Below are positions 1 through 12,649 of a DNA stretch of 62,000 nucleotides, in pieces (the stretch's first letter is position 1; every line of letters begins with the position of its first letter). The notes under the pieces were generated by a model, which worked only from the letters and a program-made list of their open reading frames with translations, ran no database searches and was not told the DNA's origin. A program made the position numbers and the translations under genes. This stretch comes from Octopus vulgaris (Eukaryota). The DNA lies in assembly GCA_951406725.2 (NCBI GenBank), contig OX597815.1, forward strand, positions 35,484,001 to 35,546,000, written 5' to 3'.

Positions 1-478
1 CACAAACACACACACATACACACACACTCACGTACAATCATATATACATATATGCATACATATATATATATATGTAAATAGATATATAAACATACGCACA
101 CGTACATATATGTATATATACGTTTATGTACATGATATATACACACGCAATTACCATATACTTGTATGTATAATATATACATACATGCATGCATGCATGC
201 ATACATACATATATACATACATACATACATACATGCAAGCATACATACATACAAACATGCATACATACATACATAGATACATACATGCAAGCATACATGC
301 ATACATACATACATAATACATACATACAAGCATACATACATACATACACACATGCACACACACATACATACATACATACATACACACACACATACATACA
401 TACACACACATACATACATACATGCATACATACATACATACATACATACATACATACATACATACATACATACATACA

Positions 479-511
<33 letters not shown>

Positions 512-667
512 TTATGAGCTGTTTAAAGTGTGTTGTAAAATTAGATATTTTGATAATGTTAATAATGTTGAAAATAATAACATCAGCAACAACAATGGCA
601 ATAACAACTACAACAACAACATCATAAACAACAACAATAATAAGTATTATTATTATTATTATTATTA

Positions 668-712
<45 letters not shown>
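1..712. repeat. Compound microsatellite (CA)n/(TACA)n/(AAC)n/(ATT)n
   Basis: Seen directly. Similar blocks lie at 2450-2592, 4380-4641, 5320-5830, 7610-8100, 8355-8740, 15798-16560, 16880-17440, 17790-18790, 19570-19673, 20190-20358, 21584-21715, 23599-23722, 24085-24290, 27688-27800 and 32545-32735. Confidence 0.98.
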
Positions 713-714
<2 letters not shown>

Positions 715-1747
715 ATGATAAAGGGAAAATGTCTCTAACACTTTTTTCCTTTGATGAATCATCTTTCAATTACGGGTATGAATGGTGTGAGGTAGATGAG
801 CGATTGGGATTTGTTCAAGTTTTGAGTTCAGTACGTCACTTTTCATTGAGACTGATTTTTGCCTTTCATCCTTCTCAAGTTGATAAATTACTGCGTCAAA
901 TTACTTGACTATAGATCTCTCAGACAACAAACAAAGCAGTGTAGCAAGCCAATATACTGTGCCCATGCATTTACTCTTTTTTTCTGAACCTTGTAATGAA
1001 CTAATGGAAATCCAAACCTTAACGTTTGATATCTAAGTAAAGGAACTACTATAGACAATTTTGACAGCACCATGATTTGTTAATCGAAGAGAAGAAAGAA
1101 AAAAAAATACAGATTATGTGAAGCAGTTTTCTAAATGTAAAATTTACGCTGCACTGAACATAACTGCCTGCAAACGTAAAAATCACACATAAAGGTTGAA
1201 CTACAACTGCTTGGAGGTAACCTTAATAATGAATCAACAAACTTATTTCATAGATTTGTTAGTATATGTTATGTTCTACCTAGAAGCATAGCTTATATGT
1301 TTGTTTTGTTTTGTTTTTTCATCCTCTATACTAATTTAAATTCAAAGCAATTCGATGAATTAATTTAAACCTAATGAATGGAAATGTGATCATCCAACGC
1401 TACCTCCCTCGCGGTCTTGGCAGTTAAGTAATAAGCAGAGCAACACACATTTGTCTGTCTGCTTTATCTGCTTTTCTTCTAATCATGCAGCATCTGAAAC
1501 CCCACAGTGATTTTTTTTTTCTCCAGACTATAAAATAGAAGACACTTACAATAAATATCTCATTAAATGAAGAGTAATTCTCTGTCAGGATTGCCCAAAC
1601 TATCCAATGAAGCGATTTTCCTGGGACGACAATATCATTGAAAGAGGTCTCTGACCTCTTTATAGCCAATTCATGTTTTCTTTTTCTTCTTGTTTTCTTT
1701 TTTTTTTGTTATTATTACTTTATTTATTTTTTTCACTTCATTTACAG

Positions 1748-1845
1748 TGGACTCAAGCCAATGAAAGAGCAGCTATGCGTTCGTTCGACTTACTAGACAA
1801 AGCAGCCGAATTTTCTTCAAAACACATCTTACCACCATTAAGAAG
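1748..1845 (+). CDS. Candidate internal exon of an unidentified gene
   Basis: A long pyrimidine tract ends in tttacag| and the donor is AG|gtatta. Only one frame is open: WTQANERAAMRSFDLLDKAAEFSSKHILPPLR. The sequence is non-repetitive; the family is not recognised. Confidence 0.5.
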
Positions 1846-2447
1846 GTATTATGATGAGTTTTAACATAAACGCTGCTTCACTTTTAAGGGAAGCAGTGAA
1901 TCGAACGATCACCCAACACGTTTTTGCTATTATTAATAACCGAGATTGATTTTTGCTTTCTGCCTTTTGGAGTCGATAAGATAAGTACTATTCAAACATT
2001 GGGGTCGATATAATCACAACCCCCAAATTTCAAGCCTTGTGCTTATAACAGAAAGAATCATTAAAATATTGGTTTCAAATTTTAGCATAAGGCCAGCAAT
2101 TTCGGGGGGTGGGGATAGATCGATTACATCAATCCTAGTGTTCAACTGGTACTTCTTTTATCGACCTCTGCAGGATTTGAACTCAGAACGTAAAGACGGA
2201 CGAAATGCTGCCTGACATGCCAAAGATTTTGCCAGATCACCCCTTAAGAATTATTGAAATATTGGTTTCAAATTTTGGCACATGGGCCAGCAAATTCGAG
2301 AGAAGGGGTAAGTCGGTTACATCAACATCAATCTTATAAATATTAACCAAAATGAAGATTGACGTGTTTATTTTTGGACCTGTTGAAGATACACAAGATA
2401 TTGAAATATCGTTCCCTTCATGACAATAGCACTCTTCTTTTTTTTGC

Positions 2448-2489
<42 letters not shown>

Positions 2490-2500
2490 CATCATCATCA

Positions 2501-2540
<40 letters not shown>

Positions 2541-2551
2541 CATCATCATCA

Positions 2552-2592
<41 letters not shown>

Positions 2593-2593
<1 letters not shown>

Positions 2594-3068
2594 TATGTTT
2601 GACTTTTGCTTTATGTCTGTACAAGTTGGCTCCAAGTCTCACCCAGAGACCTCAAGAGACAACAGGTTGGAAGTTCTGTGCCATATATTTGGGGGTTTTT
2701 TTGTTGTTTTTTTTGGTGTTGTACTAGTGAATGTCTAATACATAAAAATAAAAAATAAAATAAAAAATTAAAATTAAAAATAAAATTAAAAATTAAAAAA
2801 TTTTTTTTTTTAAAGTTTGTTCTAAACCTTGGGATTACATAGAGAGTATTTTGCGTAGGATATGAGCAGTTCCTATGAGCACTATCTTTTGAATTTCTGC
2901 CATTTTGGGGTTTCCTGGTATCAGAGTTAGATAGCAATCAGTCCCTTTCGCTATCATTCCCAGGGCACCTATGACAACAGGTATTGTTTTAGTCTTCAGC
3001 TTCCACATTTTGCTGATTTCTATTTCAAGATCTTTATATTTGCTCAGTTTTTGGTAGGTCTTGACAGA
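2593..3068 (-). mobile_element. 3' terminal fragment of an R4/Dong-like (restriction-like endonuclease) non-LTR retrotransposon
   Basis: The minus strand encodes KLSKYKDLEIEISKMWKLKTKTIPVVIGALGMIAKG...IQKIVLIGTAHILRKILS, followed by a 3' UTR. (ATT)n tracts flank both sides. Confidence 0.75.
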
Positions 3069-3132
<64 letters not shown>

Positions 3133-3690
3133 GAGTGAGAGAGCAGTTCATGCCATCAAAGTGACACTGGGGTAAAATATACGAAGCCCAGTATACCCAT
3201 CATGACTACCCGTCTGATAAGGGTACACCAGGCACATGCATCACAACCATATGTGCGCGACATGGTGATCTCATATCAAGATAAACAGCACATGACCTAG
3301 CAGGTGGGGCCCAGTTAGAATTTTCTTCTGGTCGAGTAACCCACCACGCTCAAAAGGTCCCTGAATAAGGGTTGTTTAAGGATGTTGAATGAAACACCCA
3401 TGTTTCCATAGGTGAGTTATTCAAACCCCGAAGAATCCCTCTCAACACATGGCTATGATGCTCCCCTACTACTTCTGCTCGTGATCAGAGTTGCACATAT
3501 CGTCAGCCACTAAGGGACATGCTCAACTGGTTACGGTCAAACAACTGACAAGCAAATCTGTGATATTGAGCAGAATATTTGCTGTAGCCCATCTTTTATA
3601 CCAAGACAAAACAATGTACATGATAACACTTCCAATCAGTTAAGATCAGAAGCCACGAGAGCCACTGCCTGGTACTGCATCAGAGCATTT
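3133..3690 (-). mobile_element. Non-coding interspersed repeat of about 560 bp flanked by (ATT)n; a partial second copy lies at 25678-25890
   Basis: The segment gagtgag...catcaaagtga.actggggtaaaatat...aaaaggtccctg.ataagggttgttt recurs at 25678, also abutting (ATT)n. Orientation is inferred. Confidence 0.6.
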
Positions 3691-3705
3691 ATACTGCATT
3701 ATTAC

Positions 3706-3773
<68 letters not shown>

Positions 3774-4173
3774 GGTGGCGAGCTGGCAGAAACGTTAGCA
3801 CGCCGGGCGAAATGCTAAGCGGTATTTCGTCTGCCGTTACGTTCTGAGTTCAAATTCCGCCGAGGTCGTCTTTGCCTTTCATCCTTTCGGGGGTCGATAA
3901 ATTAAGTACCAGTTACGCACTGAGGTCTATATATTCGACTTAATCCGTTTGTCTGTCTTTGTTTGTCCTCTCTGCGTTTAGCCCCTTGTGGGTAGTAAAG
4001 AAATAGGTATTTCGCCCCCGTCGCTACATTCTGAATTCAAATTCCGCCGAAGTCGACTTTGCCTTTCATCCTTTCAGGTTCTATAAATTAAGTACCAGTG
4101 GAACACTGGGGTCGATTTAATTGACACATCCCCTCCCCCAAAATTGCTATCCTTGTGGCAAAATTTGAAACCA
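3774..4173 (+). mobile_element. tRNA-derived SINE (family A) with an internal partial duplication
   Basis: Head ggtggcgagctggcagaaacgttagc (A-box-like) and gagttcaaattcc (B-box-like), with body gcctttcatcctttcggggtcgataaattaagtaccag. The B-box and body recur at about 4010-4110. Confidence 0.85.
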
Positions 4174-4228
4174 TCATTATTATTATTATTATTATTATTA
4201 TTACATAATATTTTGTCTATAAACTCAG

Positions 4229-4272
4229 TCTTGTGGACAATAGAGGGTTTCCGCAGGTTCACTACATTTACG
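4229..4272 (+). CDS. Possible next exon of the same unidentified gene
   Basis: Acceptor aaactcag| and donor |gtagct. Phase-compatible with 1748-1845, giving SLVDNRGFPQVHYIY. Splice sites are only moderate. Confidence 0.3.
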
Positions 4273-4561
4273 GTAGCTAGACTGACAAAGAACTGATTCT
4301 GCAACTTGGGCAGAACAGATATCACAAGGGATTTCTTTTAAAAGTACCAATTTCTCACTTTTGTTTCCATTGTTTACAGTATGTATGTATGTATGTATGT
4401 ATGTATGTATGTATGTATGTATGTATGTATGTATGTATGTATGTATGTATGTATGTATGTATGTATGTATGTATGTATGTATGTATGTATGTACGTATGT
4501 ATGTATGTATGTATGTATGTATGTATGTATGTATGCAGGTATGTACATATGTATGAATGTA

Positions 4562-4647
<86 letters not shown>

Positions 4648-5318
4648 TATATAGAGAGATATACATATTATATAATATATATTACAAAACCTTAATTTTG
4701 AATTAAATAAGAATGTAAATATATTCTTTCTATGCTGTTAATGTTCGGAAAAAAGAGAGATGTTTGGACTGTTTCATTGTTTGTTTTCTTCTCTTTACAC
4801 CAGAAGTGCACAGGTTCTTTTCCACTAACCAACAGTACATATCAACTGATATATAAAACAATCATAAACTAAGCCAACTCGTAAGAGGGTAGCAGGTGGT
4901 TTCTCATTAATTAAATGATATCTATCTATTTTCGTGTGTAACACAGAAGGATTGAAAAGAAGTTAAAGATTGTAAAGTCCCGTTGTGTATTAAATAAAAA
5001 TGCAAACTCGTTTTTCTATACTATTGATTGTAGAAAAAGAAGGAGAGAGTCTCTAGACCATTTCTCTAGACCATTTCACGTTTGTGAAGCTCGTCAGAGA
5101 AGTGATACTCAGCTTTTTGCCTTAATCAAAAGCATATCTTGATATAAAGCTGCTATAAATTAGACCGGCACATTAGTAACATCATCCATCGTGGGACTCC
5201 CTCTCACTTTTTTCTGTACATCAATAGCATAGGTAAATGTGCTTACATTCTTATTTAACTCACAGTGAGGATTTATAATATCTAAATTTATTTCAGTTCT
5301 TCTGTGCATAAAGTAAGC

Positions 5319-5368
<50 letters not shown>

Positions 5369-5490
5369 CGCGATCACCGTGACCGACCAGGCTATCAGAT
5401 GTTGCTACACATCGCTGGTCACAATGCGCTTCGCATTGTTTTAACCTTCAAATTACGCCACTCCGCTGGCTAAGCAAGCAGGCCAATATA

Positions 5491-5526
<36 letters not shown>

Positions 5527-5950
5527 TGTATGTATGTATGTATGTATATATATACATATATATATATGTGTGTATGTGTGTGTGTGTGTGTATATATATA
5601 TATACACACGTACGTATGCATAAATATTATAGAAGTATATACACATACATATATATACATACATAAACATACATATACACACATATATGTATATGTATGT
5701 CTACATAAATATACACAGTAACACCTACATATTACATACACACACAGACATACATGCATGCATATATATACATAGATATATACATGCATACATACATACT
5801 TACATACATACATATACACACATACATGCACACGGACAGATATATAAGAGTGTGGTAAAAGACATCTAGCAAAGGAATCGCAGTGAGATCGAACTCCAAC
5901 CAGTGGGCTGTGTGACAAACTCCTTGACTCTACAACCATGCCAAGGTACA

Positions 5951-6382
5951 AGGTGGCGAGCCGGCAGAAACGTTAGCACGCCGGGCGAAATGTTTAGAAG
6001 GTGGCGAGCCGGCAGAAACGTTAGCACGCCGGGCGAAATGTTTAGAAGGTGGCGAGCCGGCAGAAACGTTAGCACGTCGGGCGAAATGTTTAGAAGGTGG
6101 CGAGCCTGCAGAAACGTTAGCACGCCGGGCGAAATGTTTCGAAGGTGGCGAGCCGGCAGAAACGTTAGCACGCCGGGCGAAATGTTTAGAAGGTGGCGAG
6201 CCGGCAGAAACGTTAGCACGCCGGGCGAAATGTTTAGAAGGTGGCGAGCCGGCAGAAACGTTAGCGCGCCGGGCGAAATGTTTCGAAGGTGGCGAGCCGG
6301 CAGAAACGTTAGCACGCCGGGCGAAATGTTTAGAACGTGGCGAGCCGGCAGAAACGTTAGCACACCGGGCGAAATGTTTAGC
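5951..6382 (+). repeat. Tandem array of 9 x 48-bp SINE family A heads
   Basis: Unit aggtggcgagccggcagaaacgttagcacgccgggcgaaatgtttaga starts at 5951, 5999, 6047 ... 6335. The last unit continues into the SINE body. Confidence 0.95.
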
Positions 6383-6750
6383 GGTATTTCGTCTGCGTTA
6401 CGTTGAGTTCAAATTCCGCCGAGGTCGACTTTGCCTTTCATCCTTTCGAGGTCGATAAATTAAGTACTAGTTACGCACTGGGGTCGATGTAATCGACTTA
6501 ATACCTATGTCTGTCCTTGTTTGTCCCCTCTGTGTTTAGCCCCTTGTGGGTAATAAAGAAATGGGTATTTCGTCTGTCTTTACGTTGAGTTCAAATTCCG
6601 CCGAGGTCGACTTTACCTTTCATCCTTTCGGGATCGATTAAATAAGTACCAGTTACGCACTGGGGCCGATGTAATCGACTTAATACCTATGTCTGTCCTT
6701 GTTTGTCCCCTCTATGTTTAGCCCCTTGTGGGTAATAAAGAAATAGGTAT
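6335..6750 (+). mobile_element. SINE family A with duplicated B-box and body
   Basis: The body ggtatttcgtctg...gagttcaaattccgccgaggtcgac...gggtaataaagaaat occurs twice (about 6383-6562 and 6563-6747). Confidence 0.85.
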
Positions 6751-7317
6751 ATGTATAATTGAGTGTAATTCGTTTTATCGTCTCGCTAAACAATGGAAAG
6801 TAAAGGAACTTGACAGGATTTGAACTCAGAAACTAAATGGATGTAACTAAGTACTACCGGTCCACCGACTTTACGTCACCACTGCCTTTCTATTGATTTT
6901 ACCGCACTCGTAATAATGGTGATGATAATGAGTGTCCTTAACATAAACACAAGACCTCACATTTTGAGCGATGCGATTTAGTTGTTTATATCTATCCCAG
7001 TAAATGGCTAGTACTTCATCTATTCAACTCCGGAAACATAAACAGAAAAGCTGACCTCAGCATGATTTGAACGGAGAATGTGAGGAGCCTATAAAAATAC
7101 TGCAAGTCACTTTATCCGGCTCTGTAACGATTTAGCCAAAAGAACAAAGGCAACGATAACATTATATTAATATTGCCACACACATATACAAGAATTATGA
7201 AGCAAATCTGAATCATTTCTCGCTTTTATGTTTTTACCGCCCCCTTTATTTTTTTCACGCTTGCCCCATAACCCACTGCAATAATTCATGTGGGGGGTGT
7301 TTTTTATGCTTTTCCAG

Positions 7318-7382
7318 AGGTTTTCGATGAATTCTTTGCAAACAGATTATTATTTTTTCCTTCCTTTCTTTCGTGTAATTAG
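7318..7382 (+). CDS. Possible further or terminal exon of the same unidentified gene
   Basis: Acceptor tttttatgcttttccag|. Phase-compatible with 4229-4272, giving EVFDEFFANRLLFFPSFLSCN*. The tail looks like read-through into a pyrimidine tract. Confidence 0.22.
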
Positions 7383-7675
7383 TCAATAGACATGTGGGTT
7401 GTTGTCTGGAATCGGTCGTGCTGCAAAGAAAATCGATTTGAGTCAGAGAAATGACGTCATTGCAAGAACGCTCGATCAATGAAAAGTCTGCTGGCTATGG
7501 CAGTACATATAGACTAGACAACACTGAGAATTTTTTTTTTCCGTATTAAATACTAGTCCTGTTTATATATATTCATATTATGGTTTGTATGTTTTAGTAC
7601 ATGCTTGTGTGTGTGTGTGTGTGAATGTGTATGTATATATAGAAAACATATAAATATATACATATATACGTGTGT

Positions 7676-7717
<42 letters not shown>

Positions 7718-7824
7718 TGCTTGTATGTACTATGTACGTATGTATGTAGACAGACAGACAGACAAACAGACGGATGGATAGATGGATGGATGGATGGATG
7801 GATGGATGGATGGATGGATGGATG

Positions 7825-7891
<67 letters not shown>

Positions 7892-7921
7892 CGATAGATG
7901 GATGGATGGATAGATGGATGG

Positions 7922-7952
<31 letters not shown>

Positions 7953-8045
7953 GATAGATAAATAAATATTCATTATACATGGTGTGAGCGTGGGTGTACA
8001 TGTGTATGTATGTGTGTGTGAGTATTTGTGTTTGCGTGTGTGTGT

Positions 8046-8105
<60 letters not shown>

Positions 8106-8351
8106 GATATTAGATGCTAGATACTTCTGCCTGCAGGTATGGCTATTTAGAAGTTCGCGTTGTACCTTGGTCAAGTGTCGTCTATAGCATCAGGTTGATT
8201 AATACCGTTCGAGTAGGATTTGATAAATGGAAACAGTACAAGAGTTTGGCATATATGTTCATGTATACATACTTAAAATCATTATAAACTTAAACTCATT
8301 CATGGTGCCCCAGCATGGCCACAGCTCATAAGCTGAAACTGGAATCAATCA

Positions 8352-8414
<63 letters not shown>

Positions 8415-8662
8415 GTATCTATGCATGTAGTGTGTGTGTATATATTTATGCATGCAAATATATATGTGTATGTATGTATATATATTTATATTTATATATA
8501 TATATATATATATGCTTAATACATATATGATTACATATACATGTGCATACACAAATTTGCAACACTTCTTATATGCATATGTATACTGGGTATGTATAAA
8601 AGCAGGCCATTACATGCTTGCACACACTTATATATATGAGTGTGTGTGTGTGTGTGTGTGTA

Positions 8663-8732
<70 letters not shown>

Positions 8733-9344
8733 TGTGTGTGTGAACTAGCTAACACTCTCGCAAACGCATTTATTGAGGGAAACGTCAATGTACTTAACAC
8801 CTCCGGGTATCAAAATGGTACCGATCGGGTGACGGGTAGTGACACAAAGCACACTCTCTTTACGTGGTAAACAATCCACACCAATACACGTACACATATC
8901 TCGCCAAAACTCTTCTCTTGGCATGACTTGCTCCTCTCCACACCTAGCTACTACCACTACTACTACTACAGCCAATAGACAAAAAATTCTTTAACAACTT
9001 TCTTTTCGGATCACCTACCAATTTTCATCACAAAACACTCGTACACGAATGAACAGAGCAAAACAAAAATGTACAGTACAATGAGTTCCACCAAGAAATG
9101 AAATCCAAGAAATGGAATCTACAAAATAATTCTTGATGCATTTAAAATGAGGCAACATCAATAATTACACACCAGAAATAGGTCTCATTAAAACCAGAAA
9201 GAACCCCAAACACGACACAACAAAACTACACTATACCAAAAGTCAGCCTCGAATTAAACAAGGAAATAAAATATAATAATTATTGGCTAAACTGGCAATA
9301 TAATAAATCATAGCAAAATAGAAAACTGGCTAACACTTGTATCC

Positions 9345-9492
9345 AATATATACCTATTTCTTTACTACCCACAAGGGGCTAAACACAGAGGGGACAAACA
9401 AGGACAGACAAACGGATTAAGTCGATTACATCGACCCCAGTGCGTAACTGGTACTTAATTTATCGACCCCGAAAGGCAAAGTCGGCCTCGGC
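9345..9492 (-). mobile_element. SINE family A, 3' half
   Basis: Reverse complement of the family A body (tttactacccacaaggggctaaacacagagggg...ttatcgaccccgaaagg). Other partial or degenerate copies lie near 760-900, 2065-2330, 7020-7140, 25120-25300, 27290-27450, 30330-30452, 35590-35806, 38279-38730, 40040-40200, 41590-41750 and 58530-58680. Confidence 0.8.
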
Positions 9493-10149
9493 GGTTTTCT
9501 TTTTTGGGAAGAGAAAAAAAAAGGAAAAAAGAAAGAAAAAGGTGCGATAGGTTTTCGATCAAAAGGGATCGTAAAAGGGAAAGAAGAAAAACACAAAAAA
9601 ACGATCAATAGGGATCGTGTATCACAGTGTCATGATATAAAATGTAAAGGGGGAAGCAGATAAGATTTATCCGGGAGAAGAAAAGCCTACGGAAAAGACC
9701 ACGGTAACCTCCGTCAATAATGTTACATGTTACCACATTTGTTTGCAAGTAGGTAACCTGCTGTTTTAAATTTACTCAAGGTGGCTTCGTCATTCATACG
9801 TGCCAGATAGATATAGATATAGATATATGCCGCATCCACCTTGGTTATAAATTTCATCTGATACCTCATGAACCAGTAAGGAAATTTTAAAACTCCCAAA
9901 TACTCAGGGCCAGACGAAATCACAAACATACACCTAAAACTTCTCGACCTAGCATTTTTTACATTTACAGAATCAAGAAGCTGGACAAAACTGAGACTTC
10001 TAAACGTAACAAAATCCCTCTTGAAGTTACTTTTGGAGATCCATCATCTTGTACACACCCTCAAAACCTCTAGATAAATTCATTCCTAACATCTGTAACT
10101 ACTTCGTGTTATGATTTAATTCAGCGTCAAATCACAACTAGAATCGATC

Positions 10150-10900
10150 ACCACACTATTTACATATGTGACGGAAAATATACGATGGATTCGCTAACAC
10201 TTCTTACACGTGTCATTCTATCATCAACTCAGCAGTAAAGCTTTCGACTCTGTTTCCCGCTCTCCGCTCATACAAACAAAAATACTCAGCACCACCTTAG
10301 GAAATAACATACAACTCTATCAAGCAATTTCTTAGGCTGCCAAACCTATTCAGTGTACCAAACTTCAGAACCTGTAAATAGTGTATCAAGGGGATCTGTC
10401 CGTTCACTCACAATTTTCACTTTATGCTTACACCACCGCAAAACATACGTACAGCCTCTCGTAGACAAATGATATCACACATTTTCCCACCATTTTTCAA
10501 ACACTGCTCTACAACCACTCCGAGTCTATTTAGATCACTCAGAAACTTGATTCCTCGACAGATTCAAATTAGGGCATAAATTAAATCAAATACAACCAAC
10601 TACCTCACTCGACAGTGTACATATACCGAGCGCGCGCAAGACACACACAGAAGACAAAAATATTAGGAATTACATACAAGTCCTCCACAACATTTGCAAC
10701 GCATAGAAGACATAATAAAAAACGCAAGACTATGCACAAGCAGTAAAGGTGTCATTTCATAACAGAAAGACGCAACAACAATGGTGTACAAGCAACATAT
10801 TAAATCACGGACTGTGTCAGGCCTGCCTGGGCCCCAATTTTCTTTACAACAAAGCACAACAAACTCAAAGAGGACAAACAGTGTACTACACGTCACAAAA
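10150..10900 (+). mobile_element. Highly decayed non-LTR reverse-transcriptase relic
   Basis: Broken frames give LSSKAFDSVSRSPLIQ (DLSKAFDSV-like), SVSRGSVRSLTIF (GVPQGSVLSP-like), S*TNDIT (YADD-like) and NHGLCQACLGP. Confidence 0.45.
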
Positions 10901-11063
10901 CAGTGCACCAAACCTCCTGGCCACTTACACAACAAAAACAAAATGCTAAAAATAATAGACCTCCTCGACTGGTACAGTTTGCTGTAGCTCAACCAGCCAA
11001 TCACTACCACTACATTAAATGCCTTCCAAACATAAAGATACATATATAAAAAAATCTTTCTAA

Positions 11064-11215
11064 AAGCATAATGAACACATACAAGCATAATGAACACATA
11101 TAAGCATAATGAACATATACAAGCATAATGAACATATACAAGCATAATGAACATATACAAGCATAATGAACATATACAAGCATAATGAACATATACAAGC
11201 ATAATGAACACATAC
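11064..11215. repeat. Minisatellite, 8 x 19 bp
   Basis: Unit aagcataatgaaca(t/c)atac, eight consecutive copies. Confidence 0.95.
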
Positions 11216-12649
11216 ACACAGAAACAGGCAACATCAGCAGCTTCACTGACCTTGCTACGTTGTAATATACAATGCACACTACTAGCTATAAGTACAGAGT
11301 AGCAATAACTACCTCGTTCACCTCCACTGAGGCTACCACAATAATTTTGTGTGAAAAGGAATAGACTAAACATTGAAGAGAATGCAATATGTTCACACTG
11401 ACACGCTGCACTTCATGCTATTCTTCAATGCATGTAGACGAGCGTAGTGTGATCCTTATAAGAAGACATGGTATCACTAAGAAAATTGATTTGTGAGTCG
11501 CACTTCGACCGACAACCTGTATTCCATAAAACTGCTTGAGTAGGACTGACCTAAGGGAACACATCAACATCAGCTGCCAGCAGGGGCTCACTCTTATTCA
11601 ACAATACCAGAATGTTTCCTCTAACAAAAAACAAACTTTGCATCCATCGACTCAACCAGATTGAAGGTATTTTCCAATATTTATTTAGAAAGGTAGATTG
11701 AAAGAATCGGTAAAGCGCAAGAAAATGACATGCATGCTCTCACATCAAACTAATTCACAACACAAGATTTTCACAAACTCTTTTTCTGTATTTAAAAAAA
11801 AAATGTGTCAACTTATGTTACAGGCTTAAGTCTACAAGACAAAAACATGTCTTTAGTTGTCCCTTGCCTGCAAAGATCACACATTTTCCTGAGCATGTAA
11901 ATAAACTTTGACTTATTAATTCTTAATCTTTTTTAAAATTATCTCTCTTTTTCTTTAGAAGTCACTAAAATTGTCACTAGGCCTTTGTTTTCTTTCTCCA
12001 GCTAAAAAGGAAATTTCAGTCAACTAAGAATGTCTTGCATCCAGTGCTTAATGTATGACTCTTTAATTTATTTATACAAATTCACACCATTGACTCATTT
12101 GAATTATTTCCCTTATCTCATTCTATTGTTGTTTTTTTTATTGTCTTATTGCTTTTACACTTTCCTGTGCTCTGCTTTGCATGAAGCCTTCAAACATGGT
12201 AAAATATCAATAATTTAATCTTCATTAAAGAACTGTTGTGTATAGTGTAATTTTGTTTCATGTTAAATTTTTTAGTTACCGCTTATATAATTACTATAAT
12301 TTAGTTACCCTTTCAATGCCGCGTCTCTGGTACCTAAGACGACAATTAATATAATGTCAAACGCTACCTAGCCTATGGTATGCCTGCACTTAATTATATC
12401 AGTTGTAGCATTTGATGGGTGATCATAGATGAAAGACTGCTTTATTTCAGAGAAATTATTTGGCACAGTCCCAAATTCAACGTTTTCCGCCCATTTGCTC
12501 ATAAATGACCGTCTCTGGTCGATGAAAGCATATAATCCTTACCTTTTGAGCTTGATTAAGGCAACCCACCTCACATCACCTTGCTGCACGCCGTGCTCTC
12601 CTCGAAACCTTTCGTAGTTCAGGTTTCAATTTCATTACTGTATGCTGAC

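Noticed and set aside
38-908. Long ORFs such as MYVCMYVC..., HTYIHTYI... and YIYIYI... here and throughout 1-33 kb
   Set aside because: They are translations of (TACA)n, (TA)n, (CA)n and (ATT)n microsatellites that happen to lack stop codons.
1424-1669. 81 aa minus-strand ORF with a GTAAGT donor near 1547
   Set aside because: There is no good acceptor, no recognisable motif and no compatible partner exon.
5866-6406. 165-167 aa repeat ORFs on both strands, and a CRISPR-like appearance
   Set aside because: The 48-bp units abut with no unique spacers and match the SINE head found elsewhere in the window. No cas genes are present and the context is eukaryotic.
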